Assembly (NCBI RefSeq): GCF_964213995.1
Contig: NC_135807.1
Coordinates: forward strand, 91,884,001 to 91,948,000
Reading direction: 5' to 3'
Length of the DNA: 64,000 nucleotides
Source: Mustelus asterias
Lineage: Eukaryota
Below are positions 25,322 to 38,879 of the stretch, piece by piece (positions within the stretch are counted from its first letter, which is position 1; every line of letters begins with the position of its first letter). The translations under genes were made by a program, and so were the position numbers. The notes under the pieces were generated by a model. The model had not been told where the DNA came from and did not search any database. It worked only from the letters and a program-made list of their open reading frames with translations.

Positions 25322-25572
25322 ATGTGGAGATGCCGGCTTTGGACTGGGGTGGGCACAGTAAGAAGTCTCACAACACCAGGTTAAAGTCCAACAGGTTTAT
25401 CTGGAATCACAAGCTTTTGGACCGCTGTTCCTTTCCTTCATCAGGTAACTCACCTGATGAAGGAGCAGCGCTCCAAAAGCTTGTGATTCCAGATAAACCT
25501 GTTGGACTTTAACCTGGTGTTGTGAGACTTCTTACTGTGCCCACCCCAAGTCCAACGATGGCATCTCCACAT
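25322..25572. mobile_element. 250-bp palindrome of two head-to-head Penelope pLTR/HHR ends
   Basis: ATGTGGAGATGCC...TTCATCAGGT aactc ACCTGATGAA...GGCATCTCCACAT; near-perfect inverted repeat. Confidence 0.93.
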
Positions 25573-27787
25573 TAGTAATAAGGGCAGGTCTTCTGGTGGT
25601 GCCACTAACTTACACTGAGGAGACCCCATTGCATTGGCAAGGTTGGCCTTTTTAGAAGTGAATTGTGTGATCCTTACATGGATTAGGCATTCCAGTAGGA
25701 GCTCAATGTATGGAACTGGGGGTGGGGTGTGCAGTTATGCATAATTGCAACTGGTAACGGTTGCAGTTGCTCTTTTAAAGTCTTTGCAATTTTGCTTGCA
25801 TTCAAATGTTGAAATGACAGGCAGTGATACAGAGCGCCTTCAATTTGTCAGACAGTTTAGGAGCTGCTTGAACAAGAAATGCAACAAAAACAAAATGAGT
25901 TGCCCATTTTAGAACACAGCTCCACCTTCTATCCAGTCTGTTTAGCATAAAATGGCAGGCAGAATCAATGCTGTGCCAAAAAAGTTGAAGGACATGAGAA
26001 CAAATGACAAATGTCTGCTGAGGTGTATTACACTATATCAAACTAGATAACTGCCCCCATGTACATTATAAGCATCTTTCATCACTTTTTTTCCCTCCTC
26101 TTCTGAAAGCACTGACTCATGCTACAGTATAATTATGGCATCTATCTTACACCCTGCCCAGAGTGACTGGCCATACTTCATGTGTGAGCCTAAATATGCA
26201 TGTCACAACAAGCTTCCTTTCAGCTTTGTAACTGCTTTGATTGAAACAGCATCCCAAACCCTCAGGGAACAGAGCTTTGCAAACTTTCTGTCCATGCCTC
26301 TGCCACAGCAAGTAACACTTTATTACTGTTACTCTAAACAGGAGTGGTTATTTTGTTCCATTTTGAAAAAAGTAAGCCAATGCAAAGCAACCACATAGAA
26401 TAATCGAGCTGATTCACTGATGATTCAGAAGGAAATTAGTCCATATATTTGTTTACTCACACACAAGCTGGAACATCTGCCTCTCATTCCTGATGTGCAA
26501 TTCAAATCCCCACCATTGAATTCTGCTTCCATGATGTGGCAGTGTTTAACAAGCAGCACACTTGAACAGGAGAAGGGATATATCAGTCGGTTTGCAGAGG
26601 CTATGTTCAATATTCTGAGGTTTGCGGATGTGGAGAAAGTGATATGCATGCAGTCAATGTCACCTGTATCATCGGGAAGCCCAGACATCCATTTGACTAT
26701 CGAAATAGCCACACTCCAGGGAAAACATTGCTTGACTGAACGCTCCTGCTCTCAATCTATTTTGTCTTAGTCATAAAGTTTATTTACAGAAGGTGAATAG
26801 ATCTCAAGTACTTGCAGTTTCAGCAATTGAATCTTTAAAGTGTTTGGATGACGGACACTTTTATGGGGCTGAAGCACAAAGAGATATTTTAAGAAAGTAG
26901 AATGGGATGAATAAATGGCAGTTTTCTTAAAAATCTTTTTTTTTAACACATCCCATTGTTACGATAGAAGTCACTGGTTTATATAAAATGTATAGTAGGT
27001 GAAGGGACATGGAGGGCACGAGTAGGTAAGTGGAGGGGCATAACTTGGCTATGAAGGGCCATGGGCTGCACAATGAGGCAGCATGAGTTGGTATGGATGG
27101 GCATGGAGAGTGTGAGAGGGAATGATGGGGTTTGGGGTGTGAGGGTGAGAGAGCTGTTCTTTGTTTGCTGTCATTACAGATGAGTTGAAGTCCCAAAGAT
27201 GAGCCTTTTAAACAGCCCGCCTCAACATTTGACAGTCACTGAGGCGGTCTCTGAATCTTTTCCCAGGGGTGACAGCAAGAAACAAAACTCCCATCGTTGC
27301 TGGCACTTTCTCCCAAGGCAGACATGTCAAGCTGGAAATTTCCTGACTTTTGCTATCCACCTATAGGATGAAAACATAGTTCCAAGTCTTTGCTTATTGC
27401 TGAATCACAGAGAAGGACCATAACACTATGGTCACTGTGTAAGTTTGTGCCATTGCAAAATATGAATGGTTGGTTTGAAATATGGTTTGTGAAAGTTTAT
27501 TTTTGAAAATATGGTGTTGCTTTAAAAAGTACTTATTTATGGTTTCTGGAATGTAATGTAAAATATAAATCTAATAAATTGCTGATTTGGTGAAACACCC
27601 AAAAACATCAGAAATTGCCACCGGCCTGTGGTGTTTTTGAAGGCACAGGTGAAGGGACAAAACATATTTCGATTTACATTCATAGATAAATTTTGCTTTT
27701 ACCATATTATCCAATTTGCACACAATTTCTGACCCAGAGATTGCAAGTAAAACTGTGCCCACAATACTGCTGCCAATTTCTCAGAAC

Positions 27788-29060
27788 TAGGGGTGGACTA
27801 ATGCAGGAGTGCAAACGTCATCCTTATGCGTCCCTCCCACCCCATCCCCAACCCTTGAAACCTTGTCAGCATGAAGCTGACCATCTCCATGTCTCTCAGG
27901 CGTGCAGCGATACAGCGCTGTGGGGCTGTTTAATGAGGGTTGAGTGGGATTGTGCTTGCATTGGGGCAGAATTCCCATCTTCTCGAGCTGCCAGCCAATC
28001 TGATAAACTGGCAGCTCCAATAGTCTCAGCAGCGTCAGGAGGGCACATCTGTGGCAGTTGCTGGGACAGCAGCTGAAGACAAGAGTTCAAGGCCTCCAAT
28101 CTCCCAGGAAGGGAAATCCAGGGTCTTGGGCCAGGAGGGTTTGGGAGAGGGACAGTGGCCTTCACACCTCACATCCCATCACTGCCTCACACACTCCCCA
28201 GGCCACCCACACCAACTCATAATACCTCATCACACACTCCACAGACCTTCATATTCTCCATGCCAAGATATGCCCCTCCACTTACCTCTTGCACTCTCCA
28301 TGCCCGTTCACCTACTATACAATGTTTAAAACCAATAGGATGGGTTAAAAAGAGGGAACGAGAAAAAAGGAAGTTAGTGCGGGGGTGGTGGTGGTGGGGG
28401 GGGGGGGGGGGGGGGAATGCAGTTCATGGAGTGGGCCGCCCCATGATTGGCAAAGAACAGCCCCTGATAAGCAACCCCTCCCCCCTTCCTTCCCACATTT
28501 TAACCATTCAAGGTTAAAAAGCGGGCTTCCCATTCCGCCCTGTTTCCCATATAAAACGTATTAAGGCATGGGCAGCACAGTGGCAGTGGTTAGCACTGCT
28601 GCCTCACAACGCCAGGGACCCGGGTTCAATTCCTGGCTTGGGTCGCTGGCTGTGTCGAGTCTGCACATTCTCCACGTGTCTGCGTGGGTTTCCTCCCATA
28701 GTCCAAAAGACGTGCTGGTTAGGTGTATTGGTCATGCTAAATTCTCCTTCAGTGTACCCGAACAGGTGACTAGGGGCATTTCTCAGTAATTTCATTGCAG
28801 TGTTAATGTAAGCCTTATGACTAATAAATAAATAAGCTTTAATATTATTGGGGTAAATGGGCTTGATAACAAAACCTATAGCTGTTTTTTTAATTTGGCA
28901 AGTGGGATGCCAATTTTGGCATCCGCCTGACTCCCTCACCCCCACCCCAGGATAAGGGGGGTGAGCTTGAGGAAGGCAGAAAGGTGGTGGTATGGGCACC
29001 CACCCTACTTTCTGTGCCTTCTGGGAAACAAGCCCGCCAGGGTCAAGTAAAATTCAGCCC
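27788..29060. mobile_element. GC-rich Harbinger-like non-autonomous element(s) hosting a SINE
   Basis: GGGGTGGAC start, AAAATTCAGCCC end; interior similar to other GC-rich elements. Confidence 0.4.
28570..28838 (+). mobile_element. V-SINE variant with alternative tail
   Basis: Head GGGTTCAATTCC; tail TTCATTGCAGTGTTAATGTAAGCCTTATGACTAATAAATAAATAA. Confidence 0.88.
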
Positions 29061-29679
29061 TTGATTTAACCAACATAAATATTGGAGAAAACGGCAGTGA
29101 TTCTCCCAGAACACTGAAGCTAATAAATTCTCCTCAATCAATGGCACAAAAAAAGCAGATTAACTGCTCATTCTTTGCATCTGCTTTCAAGGTATTATGG
29201 GGCAGAGGGACTCTTGTACCTACCTGTCTAAATTGCCATGCTTCTAAACAAAAAGCTTCTATGAAGCATTTCTTGTTTCTTGCTTGTCATATAAATGCAA
29301 GTGCTATTATAATTGAAATCATGCATTTCAAATGTTGCATTGTTTACTTATTTAAATAGATCATTTTCATAGAATTATACAGTGCAGAAGAGGCCCTTTG
29401 GCCCATCGAGTCTGCACTGATATGTGTGAAGCACCTGACCTCCCATCTAATCCTATTTACCAGCACTTGGCTGTTAGCCTTGAATGTTATGATGTACCAA
29501 GTCCTCATCTAGCATCTGCGCATCACATACATGGTCCTTCAATGCTCATCTATCCCACTGAGTTATTTCCCTCATCCCTAACTATAGTAACCTTTGCACT
29601 GTTTTACTTTGCAAGGGGTTCAATGTCGGTGAGGTGATCAAATGTCTTATTTATTTGTATCTACTGGAGAAAAAAAAAT

Positions 29680-29970
29680 ATTCATTGGAAATGGGCATCG
29701 CTGGCTGGGCCAATATTTCTTGTTGCTCCCTAAATGGCCTTGAAGTGAATAGTTTGTTCGGCCATTTAATAGTTGATCACATATAGGCCTGACTTGGTGA
29801 AGAGGACAGATTTCCCTCCCTAAAGGTCATTAGTGAACCAGATGGGTTATTACAACAATCATTTCATAGTCATCATGATGACTTTTAATTGCAGACTAAC
29901 GTTGAATTCAAATTTCATGGTCATGATGGCATTCAAACCCTGGTAGATTCCTATTCCACCATCTCCCCAT
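29680..29970 (-). mobile_element. tRNA-derived SINE (2610 family), decayed
   Basis: gggcatcgctggctgggcc...cagatttccctccctaaagg..attagtgaaccagatggg...ttgaattcaaatttca. Confidence 0.7.
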
Positions 29971-32900
29971 ACAAAATGTAAAAGCAAGAACTGCAGAAGA
30001 GGAATCAATTTTAAAGTTTGAATTCCTAGAAGGACTGCACCAATCGAACCTTGGAATCTGTACCATCAGTCAAGGCAGGCAGAAGCCTCTGGAGAACAAT
30101 ACTGAGGGACTTTCGAATAACACCAGGATTTATTGCAGTGATGTTTGAATAGATGCAATTAGTTTTTGATGCTCACCTTTTAGCTCACTAGAACAGTTTG
30201 TTATTCGATAATTGTAGACATGTTTTATTTCCTCCTTTGTTTTCTCTCTCTCTCTAAGGTATTACAAATGTACACCTTTAACCATGCAGGAAGGAATTGA
30301 AACGCAGATTACATCATGAGAAGGGGAAAAAAATCAAGGAGGCAACAAGAAAAAATGTACGATCACTGTGCAAAGTATCAATTCAAACTGAACAGACTCA
30401 TAGTGACAATCTAAAGGCCCTAATCCCCTTTGTGCCTAAAGGATAGACAAATATTTCAGCTAAATGGTAATTGATTTCTGAAATAAATAACAGGTTCAAT
30501 GAAAAAGGTTTCACCTACATTATTTAATTGGATGATTAGTCACAGCAGACCCTGCCACAGAAAATATCTACCTAATCAAATATTTCTGAATAGCTTTGGC
30601 TGTCTTGTTGCTGCAATTGTATTTTATCAACCTTTTTGATAAATCTGTTTATTGTACAACAATTAAAAATAACTCTTTTCTGTAGTTTCCCGACACAAAA
30701 AAGATAATCACCGTATTCAGAAGGGGAAGGTTGAAATTGGACATGGTGCACTGACACTTGGTTTTGTTGCTTGTTTTCAGTATATCAAAAGTATTAATAG
30801 TTCTTACAAAACAACAGTACTAATTTTGGTTTAATGAAAACAGGCAACAAACCTAAGGATGAAATTGAGATAACATTGTTTTTAAATGCAAGATGGCTTC
30901 CAACCCCAATGGTGTCCAAGTCCTTCCTGTCAGTGCAATCTTTCCAGAGTTGGCCAATTAGTAGGCCGCCTCTGTGTTTGGCATCAAATGGAGAATTTTG
31001 GATAAGTTGCACAGTCAGTCAGGCCACTTGAAGTATAGTGGATGTGAGAGTGCCTCAAGGTGGAGGCACCCTCTGAGGACTTTTGAATTTTAAAAAATGA
31101 AGTGTGGTCACTGTTGGCAGATCATCACTGTGAAGGACCCTTCCACAAGATGGTCTGCAGCCGCAATTATGGCCTTCTGATGCTCACAGCTCAGGGATGG
31201 GGAGAGTAGAAGGGACAGTGGGAGAACAATATTCCTTGGAGCATACACGGCAACTTGACCGGCATTGCAAGATAGCATGCTGTGCTCTCTGACCACTGAC
31301 AACTTACTGGCTTACTTTCTCATGATCATACTGTTATACCATGAAAGTAGGCAGATATGAGAGACTTAGTCAAGAATCAACTGTGTGGGTGCATTCTGAT
31401 AGATGGGTAGCAATAGAATTGGCCAATGACCATGGCAGTATTCATCATCCATCATCGACCCATATCTGCAGAGTACCTTTTCCTGGCAGTGGTGTCAAGG
31501 CAAAGCCATCTCCATGACAGTGTCTTATGAATCCACTCCATGGTTTCAGTGCTTCAGTACAGTACACTGTGAATAGGCATTGACAATGACAAAGTTTTCC
31601 CCCAGAAAAAAAACATTGGAGGGCCATTTGTTTCAGGATCAGCTGAAGGTTGAATGATATTTACAGAGTTTCCATTCACCTGACATCACCTGCAAGGCAC
31701 AAGGCCTACACCATGGACTTCCTTGCTCACAAAGGGGCCTTTTAGAAAGTCCACTTTTTCTATCTGCCTATGTCACTCAAATCATGCCAGACCCACCTCT
31801 GACTCCCACACTATTTCTGGGTCCACCCACCCTGACTCACGTTACAACTCATTCCCCCACCCCCATACCAAACATCGGACATCAGGATTACAGAGCTGGG
31901 AATTCTCCCACTTCTGCACACCTGAATAAAAATTCAGATCAGAGTATTCATTTCCCATGGAGGCCTGAATTTTCATAAATTCAGAGAATGTCTCCAGTTC
32001 AAACAAAATGGGGCTGGAAACCTGATTCTGGAAATCCCATCTCCGAACACAGCACCTGCCATTTTTGCCAAGCAGGCAAAAGGGGCACATTATAATTTGC
32101 ACATCCATAGTTTATGGAGGCAGCTGCACATGTAACTGTGCAATTGTCTTCAAACAGATCCAACTTTAATAACTTTGATGTCCATAACCTGACTTGTGAG
32201 CTTTAGACAATTCAAGTGAAGATCTAAGGCTGCCAAAGTTCTTAGCAGAGGTGGGGTATCCTTTTCAAAACTTGGAATATACTTTTTGAGAGGTAGGCTA
32301 TCCTTTTGCAAAGTTAGTGTACCCTTTGTATAGGTCCATGGAAACCACTGGGAGAGGCCAAGTGCTCTTTGGGATTCATAAAACTCAACATGAATGTATG
32401 TAAACTGGATAAACACATTGGAACTATCAAGCTGAAGGGAACTGTCAAGCTGTCAAGACATTCAAATGTTCTAGTTTCTTTAAAAAAAAACATTCTGGAG
32501 TTAAAAATAAGAGCTTGCTATTTAACTCTCTGTTGACACTAGCCTGAGGATTATCACTATAGAATTTGTGTTGTACAACTGATTTCACAATCTATTATTA
32601 GTAGTGCACTTGTCAGTTCAAAGATTGATTGGCTGCTCCATGTAGTTATGAATTCCTTGATGTAGGGCTATGAAATGATGTGCTTGTTTTATTAGAGATT
32701 ATGTACTTGAACAAAATGTTTGCTTTACTGTGTTATTTAGTTGAAGAAATGTAAATGTAGTGAATCTGTTTTTATGAATAAGGATGTTTCTTTTAATAAA
32801 GTTTGCAGTAGACACTTGGAACTTCATTTCATCTCAGCAAGCGTCTTGACATTGGACCATGGTGAACACTGGGTGAGTTGGCATGGTGGATGTGTGGGTG

Positions 32901-34052
32901 GTGAGTGAGGGCATGGATTAACACGAGTTGGCCCTAAATTGCCACAGGGGCTATAAAGGGCCAGAGGGAGCTGGGCAGAAGGGCAAAGGTTGGCATAGAG
33001 GACATGAGGCTCCATGGAATGTGGGTGGGGGCATGACGTGGCATGGGTTAGCATGGATGGGGCACATGGAGTGTGCAGCAGGAGGTTGAGGGGTAAGAGC
33101 TATTTATTTGTTTTAATGTGTTTTTTAGTTTTGGGAGAAAATCTCAGATCACCAAGATGGATTTTTAAACTGCCACTTCCAGGAGCAGCAGGTCCAACTC
33201 AAACAACCTCCACCACCTGCAAAATCTCAATTTGTTGCCCAAATTGTGCTATGAGCATGCCCTCGTACTGCAGGTCCCAGTCATGGTATTGACCATTATA
33301 TTTGTAATGTAACCACAGCTAGGGATGTCTTGGGAAATCAGTCCAAAAAAAAAAGGTGAGCGTAGTTTGAAAACAAACATCTGCTGTTCTGTAGACAGTT
33401 GAATTTAAAACATACGATAAAGGCTGTGTTAACATCACAAATTCATGAGTGGAGCTGCAAGACTGTATGACTAAGTCAAACAAGTTTCCATAGAGTACTA
33501 AAATAGCATATCTTAATTTTCAGACTTGCATTACCCATTTGGCCAGTTTAATCAACATGTTATGTGATTGAATTTGCCAATCTGTCAGGCCTGAGGGCCA
33601 ATCTTTTATGGGCAGCCACGGAGAAAAAAATATTTGCTCCCCTCTGACACTGCTTTTCTGAAACATTTACCATCATTTACAGCCCACAGCTCTTCCCAAC
33701 TGATTCAAATTTATACCTCACACATCCAATAAACTAGCGTCCGTCATTTAGCACAGCCAAGCCTCTGCGGGTCTCTGTCCATTTTGTTTGTGTTTATTGT
33801 GCAACAGGCCAATTAGTAAATATCTGATTCCCTGGACCAGACAAAAATCTGGAAGGAAACATGACTTTTTGTGCGCTTCTGTGATCATTTGACTTATTTG
33901 TTGAAACTGGTTGCCGCGCCTTAGTTAACAGCGCGGTATGTGAAATCATAAACATAATAATTGGCTATTATCGGGAGCTGCAAAAGAAATCAGTTAATTT
34001 TTAGGACTAATCCACACTAAATATGAAATGCTTCAAGTCTCTAGTCCACTAT

Positions 34053-34380
34053 GGGGTGGCACAGTGGCACAGTGGTTAGCGCTGCTGTCTCACAACACCA
34101 GGGATTCGGGTTCAATTCTAGCCTTGGGTTACTGTCAGTGTGGAGCTTGCACATTCTCCCCCTGTCTGCATGGGTTTCCTCCAAGTGCTCTGGTTTCCTC
34201 CCACAGTCCAAAGATGTGTGGGTTAGGTTGATTGGCCATGCTAAATTGACCCTAGTGTCAGGGGATTAGCAGGGTAATATATGGGGCTATGGGAATAGGA
34301 CCTGGGTGGGATTGTGGTTGGTGCAGACTTGATGGGCTGAATGGCTACTTTCTGCACTGTCGGGATTTTATGATTCTATT
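34053..34380 (+). mobile_element. HE1-like V-SINE
   Basis: Complete head, core and tail. Confidence 0.92.
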
Positions 34381-35111
34381 GTTGAAGAAATCTGAGAGTT
34401 AGTGCTCATCAATCTTATAGCAAGAGACTTTAGTCAACCATGAGGGATAGTATTTTCTGATTTCATCTGGAGCATGGTCTTTTATTCTCAGACAGGTCAC
34501 TGGCAGCTGAGAGCAGATGCTAATTGTCAGTGGGCTAAATAGAAACTTAATCAGAAGAAGTCTGACACAAAGTTAGGTTGACAATTGATTCACTGGCCCT
34601 GATTTCATAGTGCAATCGTGGCACTATGCATTGGCCCGAAATTTGGAAGCAACCCCACCTTGGACAGTTATGGGAGCCCCTGTCTGATTTTACATGAAGC
34701 CCGAGTAAGGAGTTCTGCTCCTTTAATGAGCTGGAATGAATGAAAATCATGTATCAGGCAAATATCAAAATTAAAATTATATGGGCAATGCAAAATTAAA
34801 TCATCCTGCCACAGTACTCACTAAAGCATACAGACTGGCAAGTTAACAGGCAGTAGAATGCAGTGAATCAAGGAACAAAATCTGAACACTGAAGGCTTTG
34901 CTTATTTTTGTGAGGCAACAAATCTAGAAATTGAAAGAGTCATTCTTATTGATTTACACATTTAATCATCATATAATCTCATTTTGTCCCAAATAAATTT
35001 TACTTCCTTCAAGTGCTTATCTCTGCAACTTCAGACGTATATTAAATAAAGTTCAATTTAACCAATTGCCATTTGAATAAAAATATCCCATCAGTCACCG
35101 AATTTCAAGTA

Positions 35112-35300
35112 AATCATAGAATCCTACAGTGCAGGAGGGCATTTGGCCCATCGAGCCTGCACTGATTCTTTGATACAGCACCTAACCCAGGCCCTATCCC
35201 TGTAACTCCACATATTTACCCAGCTAATCCACCCTAACCTACACATCTTGGGACACTAAGGGGCAATTTAGCATGGCCAATCAAACTTACCTAACCTATC
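35112..35300 (-). mobile_element. HE1-like SINE 3' half
   Basis: aatcatagaatcctacagtgcagg...cactaaggggcaatttagcatggccaatc. Confidence 0.85.
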
Positions 35301-35514
35301 ATACATTCACACACAGTTGTCCACCTGATGTCAGGCACTGTGCACAGCTCTGATCAATCATTGTGAAGGCCAAAGGCATTGTCCTTTGCTCATGCCTCAA
35401 GAATTATATCCTTGCCACTGGCTCCATGTTCCCCGTTGCTCCCTAAATTTAATCCCACACTTTTTTTTGTAATTTCTCTCCCAAGTCTTTTCATGATCTC
35501 TTCAATGATATCTT

Positions 35515-36090
35515 GTAAATGCGATCCATTTATTTTTCCCTGAAGCCAATGCCATTAAGTTCTAAATTACTGTACATACAACCTGTATTCAAAACAACCA
35601 TGATCAATCTCTTCCCTCCCAAAGAAACTCATTTTCACCAGTCTTACTCTTTTGACTGCTACCTGACCTCCAACTTCCCTTTCCTCTCCAAAGTCATTGA
35701 GTGTGTTGATGCCTCTCAAATCCATGGGCATTTTCTTTCAAAATTTCCTATTTCAATCTCTCCACTCAGGCTTCCAGCTCTGGGAGATCACTAAAACCAG
35801 CCTAATAAAAGTCACAAATCACATCCAATACAAATATGACCTTGTTATCTCCGCAGGCTTTGGCCATCCTATTCCAATACTTCTTTTCAATTATCCACTG
35901 AAGTGGGACTGCCTACGTTTGACTCCATTCTAACCTGTCCACTCATAGCCAGTGCATCTTCAACTTCTCTTCCCAGTAACTCTTCTAGCATTACCTCAAA
36001 ATTTGTACTGACGACACTCAATTCTACCTGTGTACCATGTCCTGTGATTCTTCCATTGCAACTAATTTGTCAGACTGATCATCTGGCTTT
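35515..36090 (+). mobile_element. L2 LINE RT fragment, decayed
   Basis: SNFPFLSKVIECV...LHSGF...KTSLIKVTNHI, equivalent to the L2 SNLPFLSKVLE / QSGFR / ETALxKVTNDI motifs. Confidence 0.7.
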
Positions 36091-36113
36091 CAGCCTTCAA
36101 TGACTCTTAATTT

Positions 36114-36320
36114 CATAGAATCATTGAATCCCTAGAGTGCAGAAGAGGGCATTCAACCCATCGAGTCTGCACTGACTCCCTGACAGATTATTTTACCCAG
36201 GCCCATTCCCCCACCCTATCCCTACAGCCCCACACATTTACCATGGCAAATCCCCCTAACCTACACATCTTGGGACATTAAGGGGCAATTTAGCATGGCC
36301 AGTCGACCTAACCTGTACAG
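36114..36320 (-). mobile_element. HE1-like SINE 3' half
   Basis: Tail and core match other copies. Confidence 0.85.
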
Positions 36321-36475
36321 TATTGGACATCTTTCCACCAATTACATGGTGAAAATCTAAAGATGGTCCTTGCCACAAACTTTGTAGACATGTCAGTGAT
36401 TCTATTCCCCCTGTAAGACATCATTCCTTCTTTTCGTATGAAGTTTTTCCATGCAAGCACAGAAATGCAACACCT

Positions 36476-36690
36476 TTGATTTGATTTATTATCACATGTA
36501 TTAGCATACAGTGAAAAGTATTGTTTCTTGCTTCCTATACAGACAAAGCGTACCGTTCATAGAGAAGGAAATAAGAGAGCGCAGAATGTAGTGTTACAGT
36601 CATAGCTAGAGTGTAGAGAAAGATCAACTTAGTGCAAGGTCGGTCCATTCAAAAGTCTGACGGCAGCAGGGAAGAAGCTGTTCTTGAGTT
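36476..36690 (-). mobile_element. Rex1-type LINE 3' end
   Basis: Matches 60795-61000; rc encodes TQEQLLPCCRQTFE; (TTTGA)n tail. Confidence 0.8.
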
Positions 36691-36699
36691 GGTTGACAC

Positions 36700-37090
36700 C
36701 TGCCCTTTGCTTCCTTCAACATCACCCTCCAAGGTCCCAGAAAATTCTTCCAGGTAAGACAACAATTTACTTGTATTTCTTTCATTTTAATATACTGCAT
36801 TCGCTGTTCACAACGCCTTTTCTTCAACAGAAACCAAATGCAGACTGGGTGATTACTTGGTGGATCACCTGCATTTTGATCTCAAGCATTACTCCAAGCT
36901 TCCAGTTGGCTGTCATTTTAATTCCCCACCTTGTTCACACAATGACCTTTCTTCCTCACCTTCCTGTGATGCTCCAATGAAGCTCAATGCAAGCTGCTCA
37001 AAGAACGGTAACTTGTCTTTCAACTGGCCACTTTACAGCTTTCTGCACCTAACATTGAGTTCAAAAATTCAATACCAAAACCTCAGACAC
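36700..37090 (+). mobile_element. Penelope-like GIY-YIG endonuclease fragment
   Basis: FQVRQQFTC..LIYCIRCSQ..ETKCRLGD..VDHL..LPVGCHFNSP..LNIEF with frameshifts; homologous to 63415-63890. Confidence 0.75.
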
Positions 37091-38511
37091 CATTTTCTTT
37101 TGAGTTTTGTTTTGTTTTATTGGCTCTCATTTTTTTCTTAATTCCTTTATTTTGCATTTGTATAGCTAATCTGTATAGGAACTCCTGGTCCCTCATATTC
37201 TCCATGCCTCTCTCTGCCCTTGTATATTGACCCCCAGTGTCCATCATACCCTCTATGCCAACCCATGCACCCATCCACCAGTCTTACACCTACCAGGCCA
37301 ACTCACCCAGTATCCACCATGGTCTGACCTCAGGAGCCATGTAGAGATAAGATAAAATAAAGTTCTATAAAGTAAAATTTTAAGGGTCTGTTGCAAACTT
37401 CACTCTTTAAAAAAAAAAATTCTTGTTCCTAAAAATCATTTACAGCATTTACATTCCTTCAATGAACTAAAGCTTTATAACAACACACATTTTATTCAAG
37501 CGCATAATTCCTCATAACAACAAGTATTAGAATTCCATCTGCCATTTCAGAATCTATAACCACTTTTAGCTGTCAATCACATTGTGAAATGGCATATTGA
37601 GATAATGGATGATTGTGAAATCAGCCCATGCAACATTAATCCAGTAATGGAAACCTTCAGACTCATGTCAAAAGATAAGAGTAAAATAGCAAGCAATATT
37701 TTGTTTTAAATATCCAGACATTGTTTTCCAAGATTTAAAAGGCAGGATTTTTAAGTGCCTTGACAGTGCCCTTTAACAGGTAGTTTCGACAGTTCATCTT
37801 GACACCTTTGACAAGTCCCTATGACAGGTCCTCATGACAATTTTGATATGTCCTTTCGACAGTGCTTCCAACAGTTGATTTAGACAGATCTGTTGACATT
37901 TCCACTGAGTGTCAGTTATGCACTTGTTATTCACATTTATGCCTATTTTTACAAATCCAAAGGGCTTCAAAGGACCCAAGTGGTACCTGAAATACTGCAA
38001 AGGGCCTGTGACATCCACCAAACAGCACTTCCCCCAAAAATGTCCTGGGACAAGACCTACAGGGGTATGTGACCTCTCCAAAGAGGTACCCTGACTATCA
38101 AAACAAATGCACAAAGTTCAGACCTGTTCTTAAAGGGTCAAATGTGGACAATTTGGGTTTCCGCGGCTATCAAAATCCGATTTGACTGGAGGCAGCTGAT
38201 GGTTTAAATGGCTTGCTGCCTCTGTAAAATTTGCATGCATGGAACATATCCCACTCCCATTCCTGCTCCTCACAAAAATAGGAATTGCTGTATTTGAGGG
38301 CTGGACTTAGGATTTTCAGCAGTTTCACCACAATGGACGTTGAAATGACTTGACAGTTTGTCGGTTCGCCATCAGGGCAAAAACCGGAGCCAGTTTCTCT
38401 CTCCACAGATGTTGTCAGTGTTGCTGAGTATTTTGGGCATTGATTGTTTTATTCTCCTAAATTCAGCTCCGAGTTCAGCTTCGAACCCCATGTGCATTTC
38501 GACAAAGCACT

Positions 38512-38845
38512 GTGGCACAGTGGTTGGTTTTTAGGTGACACATGGCACAGTGGTTAGCACTGCTGCCTCACAGCTCCGGGAACCTGAGTTCGATTCCTGG
38601 ATTGGGTCACTGTTTGCACATTCTCCCAGTGTCTGCGTGGGTTTCCTCCAGATCCTCTGGTTTCCTCTCAGTCCAAAAATGTGCAGGTTAGGTGGATTGG
38701 CAATGCTAAATTGCCCAGGGTGTGTATGTTAGAGGGATTAGCAGGGTAAATATGTGGGGTTCGGGATAAGGCCTGGGTGGGATTGTTGTCAGTGCAGACT
38801 TGATGGGCCGAATGGCCTTCTTCTGCGCTGTATGGTTTCTATGAT
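38512..38845 (+). mobile_element. HE1-like V-SINE
   Basis: A box, GAGTTCGATTCC B box, core, tail. Confidence 0.9.
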
Positions 38846-38879
38846 ACATTTCATCATTAAGACAGTCTGTTCCCATCTC

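Noticed and set aside
26425-26770. Overlapping ORFs and a minus-strand GTGAGT donor as an alternative CSMD3 first exon
   Set aside because: Donor phase is incompatible with the phase-1 acceptor (the phase-1 frame creates TGA), and there is no signal peptide.
28379-28416. Poly-G / G-quadruplex tracts (also ~10815-10850 and ~24385-24420)
   Set aside because: Simple homopolymer expansions, mostly inside repeats; no evidence of function, and length may be error-prone.
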